DNA of 60,043 nt, counting the filler. It is 5 parts of 5 records of this genome, joined end to end, with 100 filler letters (N's around TTAATTAATTAA, not from the genome) between each part and the next. Parts side by side here need not be neighbours in the genome. Positions count along the whole stretch, not along the records: positions 1 to 31,583 come from SRR31147125_2294; 4 more parts are not named here. One strand, given 5' to 3'. The translations under genes and the position numbers were made by a program. Below, in pieces: positions 10,788-21,066 of the stretch. Numbering within the stretch: the first letter of the stretch is position 1; every line of letters begins with the position of its first letter. The notes beneath the pieces were generated by a model. It did no database searches and had not been told where the DNA came from. It saw nothing but the letters and a program-made list of their open reading frames with translations.

Positions 10788-10937
10788 ATGCGAGAAAAAG
10801 TAACTTTAGTATGTACGAAATGTTTAAGCAGAAATTATACGACAACAAAGAATAAACAAACACAAACAAAACGTTTAGAGATAAAGAAATTTTGTCCTAA
10901 ATGTAACGAACATACCATACATAAAGAAAGTAAGTAG
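10788..10937 (+). CDS. rpmG: 50S ribosomal protein L33, zinc-binding C+ form (absent from the ORF track)
   Basis: Manual translation [49 protein letters not shown]. Confidence 0.95.
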   Translation: MREKVTLVCTKCLSRNYTTTKNKQTQTKRLEIKKFCPKCNEHTIHKESK

Positions 10938-10948
10938 GAGGCCAGGAC

Positions 10949-11380
10949 ATGGCAATTAAACAAAAACAAGAAGAACAAAAAAGTAAATTAGTAGAAGTCT
11001 TAACAACTGAGTACCGTTGGGAAAGTTTATTATTAGGTATACTTGCGACAATCGCAATGGGTATCTCATTAATGATTATCTCTGGTAATACTTTATTAGA
11101 AATCAACCCGGATTTCCCGATATTAGGTGAAGGTAATAATGGTGTCATATTCGCTTGGGTATTGATGATTATTGCTGCATTTGGATTAATTCTAGTATTA
11201 TACCCATTCTTTTTACCGGCATTGCCTGAACTTAAAAAGATATCTTGGGCTAAATGGCCAAAATTCTTAGATAATTCTGGTCGTGTACTTATTTTCTTAT
11301 TCATTATCACAGGATTCTTAGTCTTATATGACTTCTTAATTTTAAAACTTATTAGTGGCCTATTAGGTGGTAACCTATGA
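10949..11380 (+). CDS. secE: Preprotein translocase subunit SecE (three-TM form)
   Basis: ELKKISW motif followed by a TM helix; located between rpmG and nusG. Confidence 0.85.
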   Translation: MAIKQKQEEQKSKLVEVLTTEYRWESLLLGILATIAMGISLMIISGNTLLEINPDFPILGEGNNGVIFAWVLMIIAAFGLILVLYPFFLPALPELKKISWAKWPKFLDNSGRVLIFLFIITGFLVLYDFLILKLISGLLGGNL

Positions 11381-11919
11381 CACAAGGTGTTAGATGGTAT
11401 ATCATTCAGACCTATTCAGGTTATGAAAATGCCGTTAAGAAGGATTTAGAACGTCGTGTTGAATCTATGGGCATGGTTGACTATATTTTTAGAATTATAG
11501 TACCTGAAGAAACAGTGATTGAAAAAAATGCTAAAGGCGAAGAGAAACAAAAAGTTAAACAATTATTCCCAGGTTATGTATTTGTAGAAATGCAAGTAAC
11601 TGATGAATCTTGGTTTGTTGTAAGAAATACACCGCAAGTCACAGGATTTTTAGGATCCTCAGGTGGTGGTACAAAACCAGTACCATTAACACCAGATGAG
11701 ATAAATGCAATCCTTCTTAAGATTGGTGTTATTAGTAAGCCAACATTTGACCATCTTATTGGTAAAGTTGTTGAAGTTACAAATGGCTCATGGGAAGGCT
11801 TAAGTGGTAAAATATCTGCAGTTGATAACGATCATGAAAAAGTGATTGTTGATCTTGATTTATTTGGTCGTTCAACACCAACTGAATTAGATGCAAGTGA
11901 TGTAAAAGAAATTGTATAG
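11377..11919 (+). CDS. nusG: Transcription termination/antitermination factor NusG
   Basis: WYIIQTYSGYE, FPGYVFV, VRNTPQVTGF, LFGRSTP. Confidence 0.97.
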   Translation: MTQGVRWYIIQTYSGYENAVKKDLERRVESMGMVDYIFRIIVPEETVIEKNAKGEEKQKVKQLFPGYVFVEMQVTDESWFVVRNTPQVTGFLGSSGGGTKPVPLTPDEINAILLKIGVISKPTFDHLIGKVVEVTNGSWEGLSGKISAVDNDHEKVIVDLDLFGRSTPTELDASDVKEIV

Positions 11920-11926
11920 CAAAGTT

Positions 11927-11957
11927 AAAGCGGATTGTTAACCAATCCGCTTTTTTT
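11927..11957. terminator. Bidirectional terminator between convergent nusG and the VOC gene
   Basis: AAAGCGGATTG-TTAAC-CAATCCGCTTT. Confidence 0.8.
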
Positions 11958-12798
11958 ATGATATGATATCGAAATATATTTTTTGATTGAGTATATCAAA
12001 TGTATATGATCTATGTTCTGTTGTGATTAGTCTATCAGCTAATCGACGCTTAATATCTTTAAACATATCAAGTGGTACTGTCAATGTGTAATTTTTTAAA
12101 CCAGTGGCATGTATATCTTTTATAGTAGCACCTCTTAGCCATGTGTTTAATCCTATATGATGATGATAGCCTTGATCTGAGATAAACAATGCTTGATTCC
12201 CGTAGTCTAGTATTTTTTGAAAACCAAGTACATCGATATAATAAGCTTTTGCATCATCTAAGTTGTTTACGTGAAAGTGAAGATGACCAATCGTTGTTTG
12301 TTTATCAATTTTTACAATCGCATCATCTTGTGAAAAGTGATACAATACATCCAAATCTAATGCTTGAGTATACATGGATATATTTCCTTGTATAAGTGGC
12401 CATTCTTTTCTAGGTTTGTCCATATAGAGTTCAATGCCGTTTCCTTCAAAATCAGATAAATAAAGCGCATGACTGACGCCATGGTCAGATGCTCCTGATA
12501 TAGGATAATCATAGGAAATGATTCGTCTAAATAATTGTGATAGTGCATGTCTACTTGAAAGCAACAATGCGATATGATATAAACCTAATTGTCTTTGATT
12601 GGTCTTCACGTTAGTTGAAGTTTCCAACGTGATTAAAGGCTCTATTAAATTAGCAGATAAAACAATGTGATTTTGGGATTTTTCAATGATAGTTAAACCA
12701 AGTATATCCTGATAAAAATATTGTTGTTGTTCTAAATTTTTGACAAGTAGTGTTACATGAGAAACATGTAATGTGTTTTGTTGATGATAGGGATGCAT
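11956..12798 (-). CDS. VOC-family protein, CatE-like (catechol 2,3-dioxygenase/glyoxalase)
   Basis: GLYHIALL, GASDHGVS.ALY..D.EGNGIELY, GHLHF, YHHHIGLNTW. Confidence 0.85.
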   Translation of the reverse strand: MHPYHQQNTLHVSHVTLLVKNLEQQQYFYQDILGLTIIEKSQNHIVLSANLIEPLITLETSTNVKTNQRQLGLYHIALLLSSRHALSQLFRRIISYDYPISGASDHGVSHALYLSDFEGNGIELYMDKPRKEWPLIQGNISMYTQALDLDVLYHFSQDDAIVKIDKQTTIGHLHFHVNNLDDAKAYYIDVLGFQKILDYGNQALFISDQGYHHHIGLNTWLRGATIKDIHATGLKNYTLTVPLDMFKDIKRRLADRLITTEHRSYTFDILNQKIYFDIIS

Positions 12799-12833
12799 GT
12801 GATATCCTCCTTCTATAACTTATTTTATCATAT

Positions 12834-12850
12834 TACTTACAAAAAGTAAG
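12834..12850. promoter_or_regulatory. Putative YodB/CatR (HxlR-family) operator
   Basis: TACT-N7-AGTA overlapping the CTTAC-N5-GTAAG palindrome upstream of the catE-like gene. Confidence 0.5.
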
Positions 12851-12962
12851 CGAGTATGCTCAAACATACAATTTAGTTAAAAAAATATAAAAATTTAAGC
12901 AAAATAATCAACATTATACATATTTGGTGTTATAATCTTAATGAAATTGGAGGTATTTAAAT

Positions 12963-13661
12963 ATGAAAATAGAAATTTGGTCAGATTTTGCATGCCCTTT
13001 TTGTTACATTGGGAAAACTAGATTTGAAAAAGCACTTGATAAATTTGAACATAAAGATCAAGTAGAAGTCATTTACAAGGCTTATCAATTGAATCCTTAT
13101 GCACCGAAAGAAATGACAGAAAGTGCAGCAAAAACATTTGCTAAAGGTCATGGTATGACTGAAGCAAAAGCAAAAGAAAGATTTAAAATGTTTGTGACAA
13201 ACGCAAAAAGTGAAGGATTAACATATAACTACGATATCATACAAATGACAAATTCATTTGATGCGCATCGTTTAGCTAAATATGCAAACCAATTTGGTCT
13301 TGAACCAAAAGTTACAAACGCACTCATGAAAGCATATTTCACAGATGGGTTAAATATTGCAGATATTGATACGCTTGTTAAAATTGGAAAAGAAATTGGA
13401 CTTGATGAAGCAAAAACACAAAAAGTATTATCAAGTAATGAATATGCAGATCAAGTAAATGCAGAAATTAACGAAGCAAGACAAGTAGGGGTTCAAGGTG
13501 TGCCATTTTTTGTGATTAATCGTAAATATGGTGTATCAGGCGCACAAGCAACTGATTATTTCTTACAAGCATTAAAACAGATTTATGAAGAAGAAAAACC
13601 TATACAAAAACTAGAAGCTGATGAAACTGCGAGTTGTTCAGACGATGAATGTGGCATCTAA
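12963..13661 (+). CDS. DsbA/FrnE-family thiol oxidoreductase
   Basis: WSDFACPFCYIG, GVPFF, GVSGAQ, C-terminal CSDDEC. Confidence 0.9.
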   Translation: MKIEIWSDFACPFCYIGKTRFEKALDKFEHKDQVEVIYKAYQLNPYAPKEMTESAAKTFAKGHGMTEAKAKERFKMFVTNAKSEGLTYNYDIIQMTNSFDAHRLAKYANQFGLEPKVTNALMKAYFTDGLNIADIDTLVKIGKEIGLDEAKTQKVLSSNEYADQVNAEINEARQVGVQGVPFFVINRKYGVSGAQATDYFLQALKQIYEEEKPIQKLEADETASCSDDECGI

Positions 13662-13741
13662 ATAAGAAAAATACAAAAACGCTTACATTAAGCGTTTTTT
13701 TATTATATAATAGATGTAATGATATGCATAGGGAGAGAAAA

Positions 13742-14098
13742 ATGAAAACAATTGGGAATATTATTTGGCTTATATTTGGAGGATTCATTGCAGCGTTATT
13801 ATGGTTTTTAGTAGGAGCGATACTATACATCACAATTATCGGTATTCCTATTGCTAGACAAGCATTTAAATTTGGTGAACTTATGTTGACGCCATTTGGA
13901 TCAGATGTCGAACTTAAATTTGATCGTTATCCAGTGTTAAATATTGTTTGGTTGATATTATTTGGATGGGAAATGGCTGTTGGCTATGTATTAGTAGGTA
14001 TCGTATATTGTGTGACAATCATTGGGATTCCTTTTGGATTACAATGGTTTAAATTCGCTGTTTTAGCGCTATTACCATTTGGAGCGAAGGTAAATTAA
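13742..14098 (+). CDS. YccF domain membrane protein
   Basis: GNIIWLIFGG, TIIGIP repeated twice, PFG motifs. Confidence 0.88.
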   Translation: MKTIGNIIWLIFGGFIAALLWFLVGAILYITIIGIPIARQAFKFGELMLTPFGSDVELKFDRYPVLNIVWLILFGWEMAVGYVLVGIVYCVTIIGIPFGLQWFKFAVLALLPFGAKVN

Positions 14099-14127
14099 CA
14101 CTTATCGAAAGAAGTTAAAGTTTTTTG

Positions 14128-14156
14128 TTGACTTTGATAGGTCGAAATGATAGAAT
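14128..14156 (+). promoter_or_regulatory. Promoter of the rplK operon
   Basis: TTGACT-N17-TAGAAT with extended TG. Confidence 0.7.
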
Positions 14157-14182
14157 ATATTCGCGTGTGAAAGCACACCATA

Positions 14183-14205
14183 GTGGAAGATTAAAATCGT
14201 ACCAC
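14183..14205 (+). promoter_or_regulatory. Putative L1-binding autoregulatory RNA before rplK
   Basis: GTGG-AAGATT..AATCGTA-CCAC stem with an internal loop, resembling known L1 sites. Confidence 0.5.
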
Positions 14206-14234
14206 ATACTTATGCAAAGAAGGAGGTTGTGTTC

Positions 14235-14660
14235 ATGGCAAAAAAAGTTGTAAAACAAGTTAAATTGCAAATCGCTGCCGGAAAAGCTAACCCTGCGCCA
14301 CCAGTTGGTCCAGCACTTGGTCAAGCACAAGTTAACATTCCAGCATTCTGTTCTCAATTTAATGAAGCAACTAAAGATCAAATGGGGTTCGTAGTACCAG
14401 TTGTTATATCAGTATATGATGACCGTACATTTACATTTGTAACGAAAACTCCACCTGCGAGTGACTTACTTAAAAAAGCAGCAAACATTCAATCAGGTTC
14501 AAGTAACCCATTGAAAACTAAAGTTGCATCAGTAACGAAAGCTCAAATTCAGGAAATTGCAGAAAGAAAGATGCCTGACTTAAATGCGTACACTGTAGAA
14601 GCAGCAATGAAAATTATTGAAGGTACAGCACGCAATATGGGTATCACAGTAGAAGAATAA
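14235..14660 (+). CDS. rplK: 50S ribosomal protein L11
   Basis: [22 protein letters not shown]. Confidence 0.98.
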   Translation: MAKKVVKQVKLQIAAGKANPAPPVGPALGQAQVNIPAFCSQFNEATKDQMGFVVPVVISVYDDRTFTFVTKTPPASDLLKKAANIQSGSSNPLKTKVASVTKAQIQEIAERKMPDLNAYTVEAAMKIIEGTARNMGITVEE

Positions 14661-14677
14661 TTTAGATAATCTATCTA

Positions 14678-14710
14678 AATTGTGGGAGGATATCCCGCTA
14701 GACCACATTT
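14678..14710 (+). promoter_or_regulatory. L1-binding autoregulatory RNA before rplA
   Basis: GTGGGAG...AGACCAC stem next to the rplA RBS. Confidence 0.65.
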
Positions 14711-14724
14711 TAGGAGGAAGAAAT

Positions 14725-15420
14725 ATGAGAAGAGGAAAGAAATACCTTGAAGCATCTAAATTAGTTGATAAGCTTAATAAATATGAATTAAGCGAAGCAG
14801 TTAGTTTAGTGAAGAAAACCTCATTTGTTAAGTTTGATGCGACTGTAGAAGCAGCGTTCCGTTTAAATCTTGATCCAAGACAAGCAGAACAAAACTTAAG
14901 AGGCGCATTAGTTTTACCACATGGTACAGGTAAAGTTTCTAGAGTAGTAGTTATCGCTCAAGGCGAACAAGCAAAAGAAGCTGAAGCTGCTGGTGCTGAT
15001 TATGTTGGAGACGCAGATTTAATCCAAAAGATTTCTGGTGGATGGTTTGACTTTGACGTGATCGTTGCAACACCAAACATGATGGGACAACTTGGTAGAC
15101 TTGGTCGTTTATTAGGACCTAAAGGTTTAATGCCAAACCCTAAAACAGGAACTGTTACAATGGATGTAACTAAAGCTGTTCATGATATCAAAAATGGTAA
15201 AGTAGAATATAGAGTTGATAAAGTTGGTAATATCCATGCACCTATCGGTCGCATATCATTTACTGAAGCACAATTAGCTGAAAACTTATTAGCAATATAT
15301 CGTAGACTTGTACAAATTAAACCATCAACGGTTAAAGGTACTTACGTCAAGAACATTACACTTACATCAAGTATGGCACCTGGTGTCAAAGTAAGTGAAG
15401 ACTCTTTAAAAACTGCTTAA
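14725..15420 (+). CDS. rplA: 50S ribosomal protein L1
   Basis: [30 protein letters not shown]. Confidence 0.98.
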   Translation: MRRGKKYLEASKLVDKLNKYELSEAVSLVKKTSFVKFDATVEAAFRLNLDPRQAEQNLRGALVLPHGTGKVSRVVVIAQGEQAKEAEAAGADYVGDADLIQKISGGWFDFDVIVATPNMMGQLGRLGRLLGPKGLMPNPKTGTVTMDVTKAVHDIKNGKVEYRVDKVGNIHAPIGRISFTEAQLAENLLAIYRRLVQIKPSTVKGTYVKNITLTSSMAPGVKVSEDSLKTA

Positions 15421-15450
15421 AGAGTTAGTTAGTAATTAAAAAAATAAATC

Positions 15451-15545
15451 TATACCAAAGACAGTAGGTGCATCTGCTTAATTTCCTACCGAGGTTGTAA
15501 ACAATGAATTGTTTCTCTCTTTTGTCTTGGTATAAAAGAGAGATT
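15451..15545 (+). ncRNA. Ribosomal protein L10 leader
   Basis: CCAAAGACAGTAGG...TTAATTTCCTACCGAGG motif with closing TATACCAA/TTGGTATA pairing, upstream of rplJ. Confidence 0.8.
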
Positions 15546-15566
15546 TTATTTTATAAGGAGGCACTC

Positions 15567-16067
15567 ATGCAAAAAGCAAGTATTGTAAAAAAAGCTGAAC
15601 AAGTTGATCTTCTAACAGAGAAACTTAATAAAGCTGCAACAGTTGTTGCTTTTGATTATCCAGGATTATCAGTGGAAGCATTCACTCAATTACGTGGACA
15701 ATTAAGAGAAGCTAACTGTGAAGTTGCTGTATACAAAAACAATATTTCAAAAAGAGCATCAATTGCTGCTGGATTCGAAGCGCTAGCTGAAGAATTCGTT
15801 GGACCTAAAGCAATTGCAATGAGTTTTGAAGATGTTGTAGCACCTGCTAAAATCATTTATGAATTCGCGAAACAAAACAAGAATGTAGAAATGAAAGCCG
15901 GTGTCGTAGAAGGCAAAATTGCCAGTTTAGATGTATTAAATGAATTAGCGACATTACCATCAAGAGAAACACTATTGACAATGTTAGCAGCTGGATTGTT
16001 ATCACCAGTACGCGATATCGCAGTTGGACTTAACATGATGGTTGAAGAATCAGAAGCACAAGCTTAA
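15567..16067 (+). CDS. rplJ: 50S ribosomal protein L10
   Basis: [21 protein letters not shown]. Confidence 0.96.
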   Translation: MQKASIVKKAEQVDLLTEKLNKAATVVAFDYPGLSVEAFTQLRGQLREANCEVAVYKNNISKRASIAAGFEALAEEFVGPKAIAMSFEDVVAPAKIIYEFAKQNKNVEMKAGVVEGKIASLDVLNELATLPSRETLLTMLAAGLLSPVRDIAVGLNMMVEESEAQA

Positions 16068-16087
16068 AAATTAGGAGGAAATTAAAA

Positions 16088-16459
16088 ATGGCTAAATTAA
16101 CAAAAGCTGATTTCGTAGCAGCATTAAAAGAAATGACTTTATTAGAAATTAAAGAATTAGTAGACGGATTAAAAGAAGAATTCGGTATTGACCCAACTGC
16201 AGTTGCAGTAGCAGGACCTGCAGCAGGTGCTGAAGCAGCTGAAGAACAAACAGAATTTGATGTAATTTTAAAATCTTTTGGTACAAACAAAATTGCAATT
16301 ATCAAACTTGTTCGTTCAGCAACTGGTTTAGGCTTAGCAGATGCTAAGAAAGTAACTGAAACAGCTGATGCAGTATTAAAAGAAAAAGTATCTAAGGAAG
16401 ATGCAGAAGCACTTAAAGCTCAATTAGAAGAAGCTGGCGCAACTGTTGAACTTAAATAG
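16088..16459 (+). CDS. rplL: 50S ribosomal protein L7/L12
   Basis: [23 protein letters not shown]. Confidence 0.97.
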   Translation: MAKLTKADFVAALKEMTLLEIKELVDGLKEEFGIDPTAVAVAGPAAGAEAAEEQTEFDVILKSFGTNKIAIIKLVRSATGLGLADAKKVTETADAVLKEKVSKEDAEALKAQLEEAGATVELK

Positions 16460-16525
16460 TCTTTAAAATTCAATGCGACAAACCTGAGATTACTCTCGGG
16501 TTTTTCGCTGTTATTTGGGGGTTTC

Positions 16526-17125
16526 ATGAGCCACTATTATTTAAACGATAATCAACTCGATCATGAGATAATGCACATACAATTTAAGATAGGTCAACAT
16601 GAGATTTTTTTAGAAACTGATCGAGGTGTTTTTTCTCGTCAAAATCTAGATTTTGGATCACGTGTCTTATTAGAACATATTGATTTTGATCAACCATATA
16701 AACATATTATTGATATGGGATGTGGCTATGGTCCAATCGGTATTTTTTGTGCGAAATCATGTCCGAAATCTTCTGTATTATTAGCGGATGTTAATCAACG
16801 AGCAGTTGGATTAGCAAACCATAATATTGAAAAAAATCATGTTGAAAATGCAAGAGCTATCGAAAGTTTTTTGTTTGAAAATATCAAACAAAAAGCGGAT
16901 TTGATTATTTCAAATCCACCGATAAGAGCAGGTAAAAAAACTGTATTTAATTTATATGAACAAAGCTTTGATCATTTAAACAAAAACGGTGTTTTTTATG
17001 CTGTTATTCAGAAAAAACAAGGCGCACCATCTTCGGTTAAAAAACTTGAAGAACTTTTTGGAAATTGTGATATTGTCGCAAAAGAAAAAGGGTATTGGGT
17101 GCTTTTGTCTAAAAAAATGTTTTAA
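16526..17125 (+). CDS. rsmC: 16S rRNA m2G1207-type class I SAM methyltransferase (RsmC/YbxB)
   Basis: DRGVFS..LDFGS, DMGCGYG, NPPIRAGK, KKQGAPS; located between rplL and rpoB. Confidence 0.88.
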   Translation: MSHYYLNDNQLDHEIMHIQFKIGQHEIFLETDRGVFSRQNLDFGSRVLLEHIDFDQPYKHIIDMGCGYGPIGIFCAKSCPKSSVLLADVNQRAVGLANHNIEKNHVENARAIESFLFENIKQKADLIISNPPIRAGKKTVFNLYEQSFDHLNKNGVFYAVIQKKQGAPSSVKKLEELFGNCDIVAKEKGYWVLLSKKMF

Positions 17126-17238
17126 CTATTGATTATTTACAAAACATGTGTTAATATAGTTAAATGCATAATGATGCTTTTATATATATATATTTATATA
17201 TAAAACAGTGATTCCAGATGCGATAGGAGAGTGAATTA

Positions 17239-20200
17239 ATGGGATATCAAAACGTCAAGTATGGTAAGAAAGCCGAGCGTAGAAATTATTCTAGAATGCG
17301 TTACGACATCGACTTACCAGGCCTTATCGAAATTCAAACTAATTCTTTTAATTGGTTTATTGAGGAAGGTATAAAAGAATTACTCGATGATATTTCACCA
17401 ATCGAAGGACATAATGGTGATTTAAAATTATATTTTGAAGAACACTATTTATCAGAACCTAAATTCAACATTCAACAATCTAAATTACGTGATGTTAATT
17501 ATTCAAAACAATTATCAGCACGTGTTAAATTAGAGAATGCAATTACAGGTGAAGTTAGAGAAAATACAGTGTTAATGTGTGAAATCCCTTTTATGACACC
17601 ATCGGGGACTTTTGTCATTAATGGTGCTGAACGTGTAGTTGTTTCACAAATTATTCGTTCTGCAGGTGCTTATTATACAAGCGAATTAGATAAGAAATTA
17701 AATCGTTTGAAATATTCAGCACAAGTTATTCCTACACGCGGTGCTTGGTTAGAATACGAATTAGGATCTAAAGATATTATGTATGCAAAATTAGATCGTT
17801 CTAAAAAAGTTCCAATGACTACAATGATGCGTGCACTAGGATTCCAAAAGAAAAAAGATATTTATGAAGTTTTTGGTAAATCAAAATTCATGGATGCGAC
17901 TTTTGACAAAGATGACGCTAAAAATTCCGATGATGCTATAATCGATTTATATTCAAAATTAAGACAAGGCGAAAAAGTTCCTGCAGAAGCTGCAAGAGAA
18001 TTTATTCGTATGCGCTTATTTGAAAGACGTCGTTATGATTTAGCGGCAGTAGGTCGTTATAAGTTTAATAAAAAACTAGATGTATTATCTAGAATTAAAG
18101 GCCAATATACAGCAAATGATATCATTGATCCAAATACAGGTGAGGTATTGGTTGCTGCTAAAACTAAAATTACTAAAGAAATTATTGAATTATTAAAAGA
18201 TCATAGAGATGCACTTCGAAAAGAAGTCATTGCAAAAGAAGTTTCACTTCAAAATGAAACACCTGATGAAATCTTAGCAGCGTATCTTCCTGATAGCGAT
18301 GATAAATTATACACAAAAGAAAATATCTTTAATTTACGTACGGGTGAAGTATTAGTACCTAAAAACTCAGAAGTAAATGAAGAAGTATTTGCGATCTTAA
18401 GAAAAAATAGACAAGCACTTGATGAAAAAGTCATTAAATATTTCTTTAGTGCTAAAGACGTTTTTGAAAAAGAAAAAGAACGTATGGGTGTTATCGTTGA
18501 AATGATCGAAGTCACTGTTAAAGACGAAGAAACAGACAAGATTAAAACTGTTAAAGTTTTAGGTAGTGATCAAAGAGAAGACAGAGAACATATCACATTA
18601 TCTGATATTGTTGCATCAATGAGTTATTACTTAAACTTATATGATGGACTAGGATTTACAGATGATATTGACCATTTAGGTAACCGTCGTTTAAGATTAA
18701 TTGGCGAATTACTTAAAAATCAATTTAGAATAGGTATTGCAAGAGCTGAGAAGAACATTAAAGATAAAATGTCAACAACAACATTTGCTGATGCAACACC
18801 TTCAAATATTATTAATATGACACCACTTGCTGGTGCAATTAAAACATTCTTTGGTAGTTCACAGTTATCACAGTTCATGGATCAAATTAATCCACTTGCT
18901 GAGTTAACACAAAAAAGAAGAGTTTCTGCACTTGGTACAGGTGGTTTAGCAAGAGATAGAGCCGGCGTTGAAGTACGTGACGTTCACAACTCTCACTACG
19001 GTAGAATATGTCCAATTGAAACACCTGAAGGTCCTTCAATTGGTTTGATTAGTTCACTTGCAACATATGGTCGTGTTGACCAATATGGATTTATTCAAAC
19101 ACCATACTTAATTGTTGATAAGAGCTCAGGAACACCAGTTGTTACTGATAAATTTAAATACTTAACTGCAGACGAAGAATATGATGAAGTGATTGCATCT
19201 GCTGCGACTACACTTGCAGAAGATGGTCAAATTACAGATGATAAAATCATTGGTCGTCACCGTGGTGAAACATCAATATTCGAACATGATGATGTCACAT
19301 TTATGGACGTTTCACCGAAACAAATTGTATCGGTTGCGACTTCTACAATTCCATTCTTGGAACATGATGATGCGTCTCGTGCATTAATGGGTGCCAACAT
19401 GCAACGTCAAGCGGTGCCATTATTAAAAACTGATTCTCCAATTGTTGGTACAGGTATTGAATATCGTGCAGCAAAAGACTCTGGATCAGTCGTTGTATCT
19501 GATGTGAGTGGTTATGTCACATATGCAGATGGTACAAAAATAACAATTACATCAAAACCTGATGAAAAAATTGTTGTTGGAAATAATGTTTTATATGATC
19601 CATCAAGACCTTTTGATTTTGAAGGTGCGAAAGCGATTGAATCATATGGTATGGGCGAATCTAAAACATTTGAACTGATTAATTTCTTCAGATCAAATCA
19701 AGATACATTAGTTTTACAAAAACCTTTAGTTATTGAAGGTGAATTTGTTGAAGCTGGTGATACAATTGCTGATGGTCCATCAACTGATAAAGGTGAATTA
19801 GCCTTAGGACGTAATGTGACTGTAGCCTTCATGACATGGGAAGGGTATAACTATGAAGATGCCGTGATCATGTGTGAAGATTTAGTTAAAAATGATGTGT
19901 ATACATCAATTCATATTGATGAATATGAAATAGAAACACGTGAATTAAAAACTGGTTCAGGACGTGAAGAAATTACACGTGAAGTGCCAAATGCAGGTTA
20001 TGAAGCACTTAAAAACTTAGATGAACGTGGTATTGTGATACCTGGTTCTGAAGTTAAAGAAGGCGATATCCTTGTTGGTAAAATTACACCTAAAGGTGTG
20101 TTTGAACCAAGTGCATCAGAAAAATTAATTCATGCAGTTATTGGTGAAAAATCAAGAGAATATCGTGATTCATCACTACGCGTACCACATGGTGGTGGCG

Positions 20201-21066
20201 GTGTTGTTCAATCTATTCAATATTTCTCTAAGAAAAACGGTGATGTTCTACCGAGTGGTGTTAACGAATCCATTCGTGTATTCATTGCGAAAAAACGTAA
20301 AATCTCCGAAGGGGATAAAATGGCTGGACGTCATGGTAACAAAGGTGTTATTTCTAAAATCTTACCAAGAGAAGATATGCCATATATGGCAGATGGAACA
20401 CCAGTTGATATCATGTTAAACCCACTTGGGGTACCATCGCGTATGAATATTGGACAAATTCTTGAAATCCATTTAGGTATGGCAGCTAAACGTTTAGGTG
20501 TTAAAGTTGCAACACCAGTCTTTGATGGTGTTGATGATGATGACTTAAAAGCAATTATGGCTGAATCAGGATTAGATCCAGATGGTAAAACTACATTATA
20601 TGATGGACGTACTGGACAACCTTATGAAAATAGAATTTCTGTAGGTGTGATGTACATGATTAAATTATCTCACATGGTTGATGATAAACTTCATGCAAGA
20701 TCTGTGGGTCCATATACACTTGTTACACAACAACCAATGGGTGGTAAAGCTCAAAATGGTGGACAACGTTTTGGTGAGATGGAAGTTTGGGCATTATATG
20801 CATATGGTGCTGCACATACACTCCAAGAAATGTTAACAGTTAAGTCTGATGATATGTTAGGTAGAAATAAAGTATATTCTGCGATTACACATGGTAAACA
20901 AATACCAGAAGCTGGTATTCCAGAATCATTTAGAGTATTAACCAAAGAATTACAAGCATTAGGTTTATATGTCGAATTAATTGATGCTGACACAGGTGAA
21001 AATGAAACTGAAAAATCACTAGTCGATCAGTATGCAAGTAAATATACTAAAGGAGGGTTTCGTTAA
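17239..21066 (+). CDS. rpoB: DNA-directed RNA polymerase subunit beta
   Basis: [37 protein letters not shown]. Confidence 0.99.
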   Translation: MGYQNVKYGKKAERRNYSRMRYDIDLPGLIEIQTNSFNWFIEEGIKELLDDISPIEGHNGDLKLYFEEHYLSEPKFNIQQSKLRDVNYSKQLSARVKLENAITGEVRENTVLMCEIPFMTPSGTFVINGAERVVVSQIIRSAGAYYTSELDKKLNRLKYSAQVIPTRGAWLEYELGSKDIMYAKLDRSKKVPMTTMMRALGFQKKKDIYEVFGKSKFMDATFDKDDAKNSDDAIIDLYSKLRQGEKVPAEAAREFIRMRLFERRRYDLAAVGRYKFNKKLDVLSRIKGQYTANDIIDPNTGEVLVAAKTKITKEIIELLKDHRDALRKEVIAKEVSLQNETPDEILAAYLPDSDDKLYTKENIFNLRTGEVLVPKNSEVNEEVFAILRKNRQALDEKVIKYFFSAKDVFEKEKERMGVIVEMIEVTVKDEETDKIKTVKVLGSDQREDREHITLSDIVASMSYYLNLYDGLGFTDDIDHLGNRRLRLIGELLKNQFRIGIARAEKNIKDKMSTTTFADATPSNIINMTPLAGAIKTFFGSSQLSQFMDQINPLAELTQKRRVSALGTGGLARDRAGVEVRDVHNSHYGRICPIETPEGPSIGLISSLATYGRVDQYGFIQTPYLIVDKSSGTPVVTDKFKYLTADEEYDEVIASAATTLAEDGQITDDKIIGRHRGETSIFEHDDVTFMDVSPKQIVSVATSTIPFLEHDDASRALMGANMQRQAVPLLKTDSPIVGTGIEYRAAKDSGSVVVSDVSGYVTYADGTKITITSKPDEKIVVGNNVLYDPSRPFDFEGAKAIESYGMGESKTFELINFFRSNQDTLVLQKPLVIEGEFVEAGDTIADGPSTDKGELALGRNVTVAFMTWEGYNYEDAVIMCEDLVKNDVYTSIHIDEYEIETRELKTGSGREEITREVPNAGYEALKNLDERGIVIPGSEVKEGDILVGKITPKGVFEPSASEKLIHAVIGEKSREYRDSSLRVPHGGGGVVQSIQYFSKKNGDVLPSGVNESIRVFIAKKRKISEGDKMAGRHGNKGVISKILPREDMPYMADGTPVDIMLNPLGVPSRMNIGQILEIHLGMAAKRLGVKVATPVFDGVDDDDLKAIMAESGLDPDGKTTLYDGRTGQPYENRISVGVMYMIKLSHMVDDKLHARSVGPYTLVTQQPMGGKAQNGGQRFGEMEVWALYAYGAAHTLQEMLTVKSDDMLGRNKVYSAITHGKQIPEAGIPESFRVLTKELQALGLYVELIDADTGENETEKSLVDQYASKYTKGGFR

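Noticed and set aside
17178-17202. TA-rich run upstream of rpoB
   Set aside because: Low-complexity sequence in an AT-rich genome, with no evidence of function.
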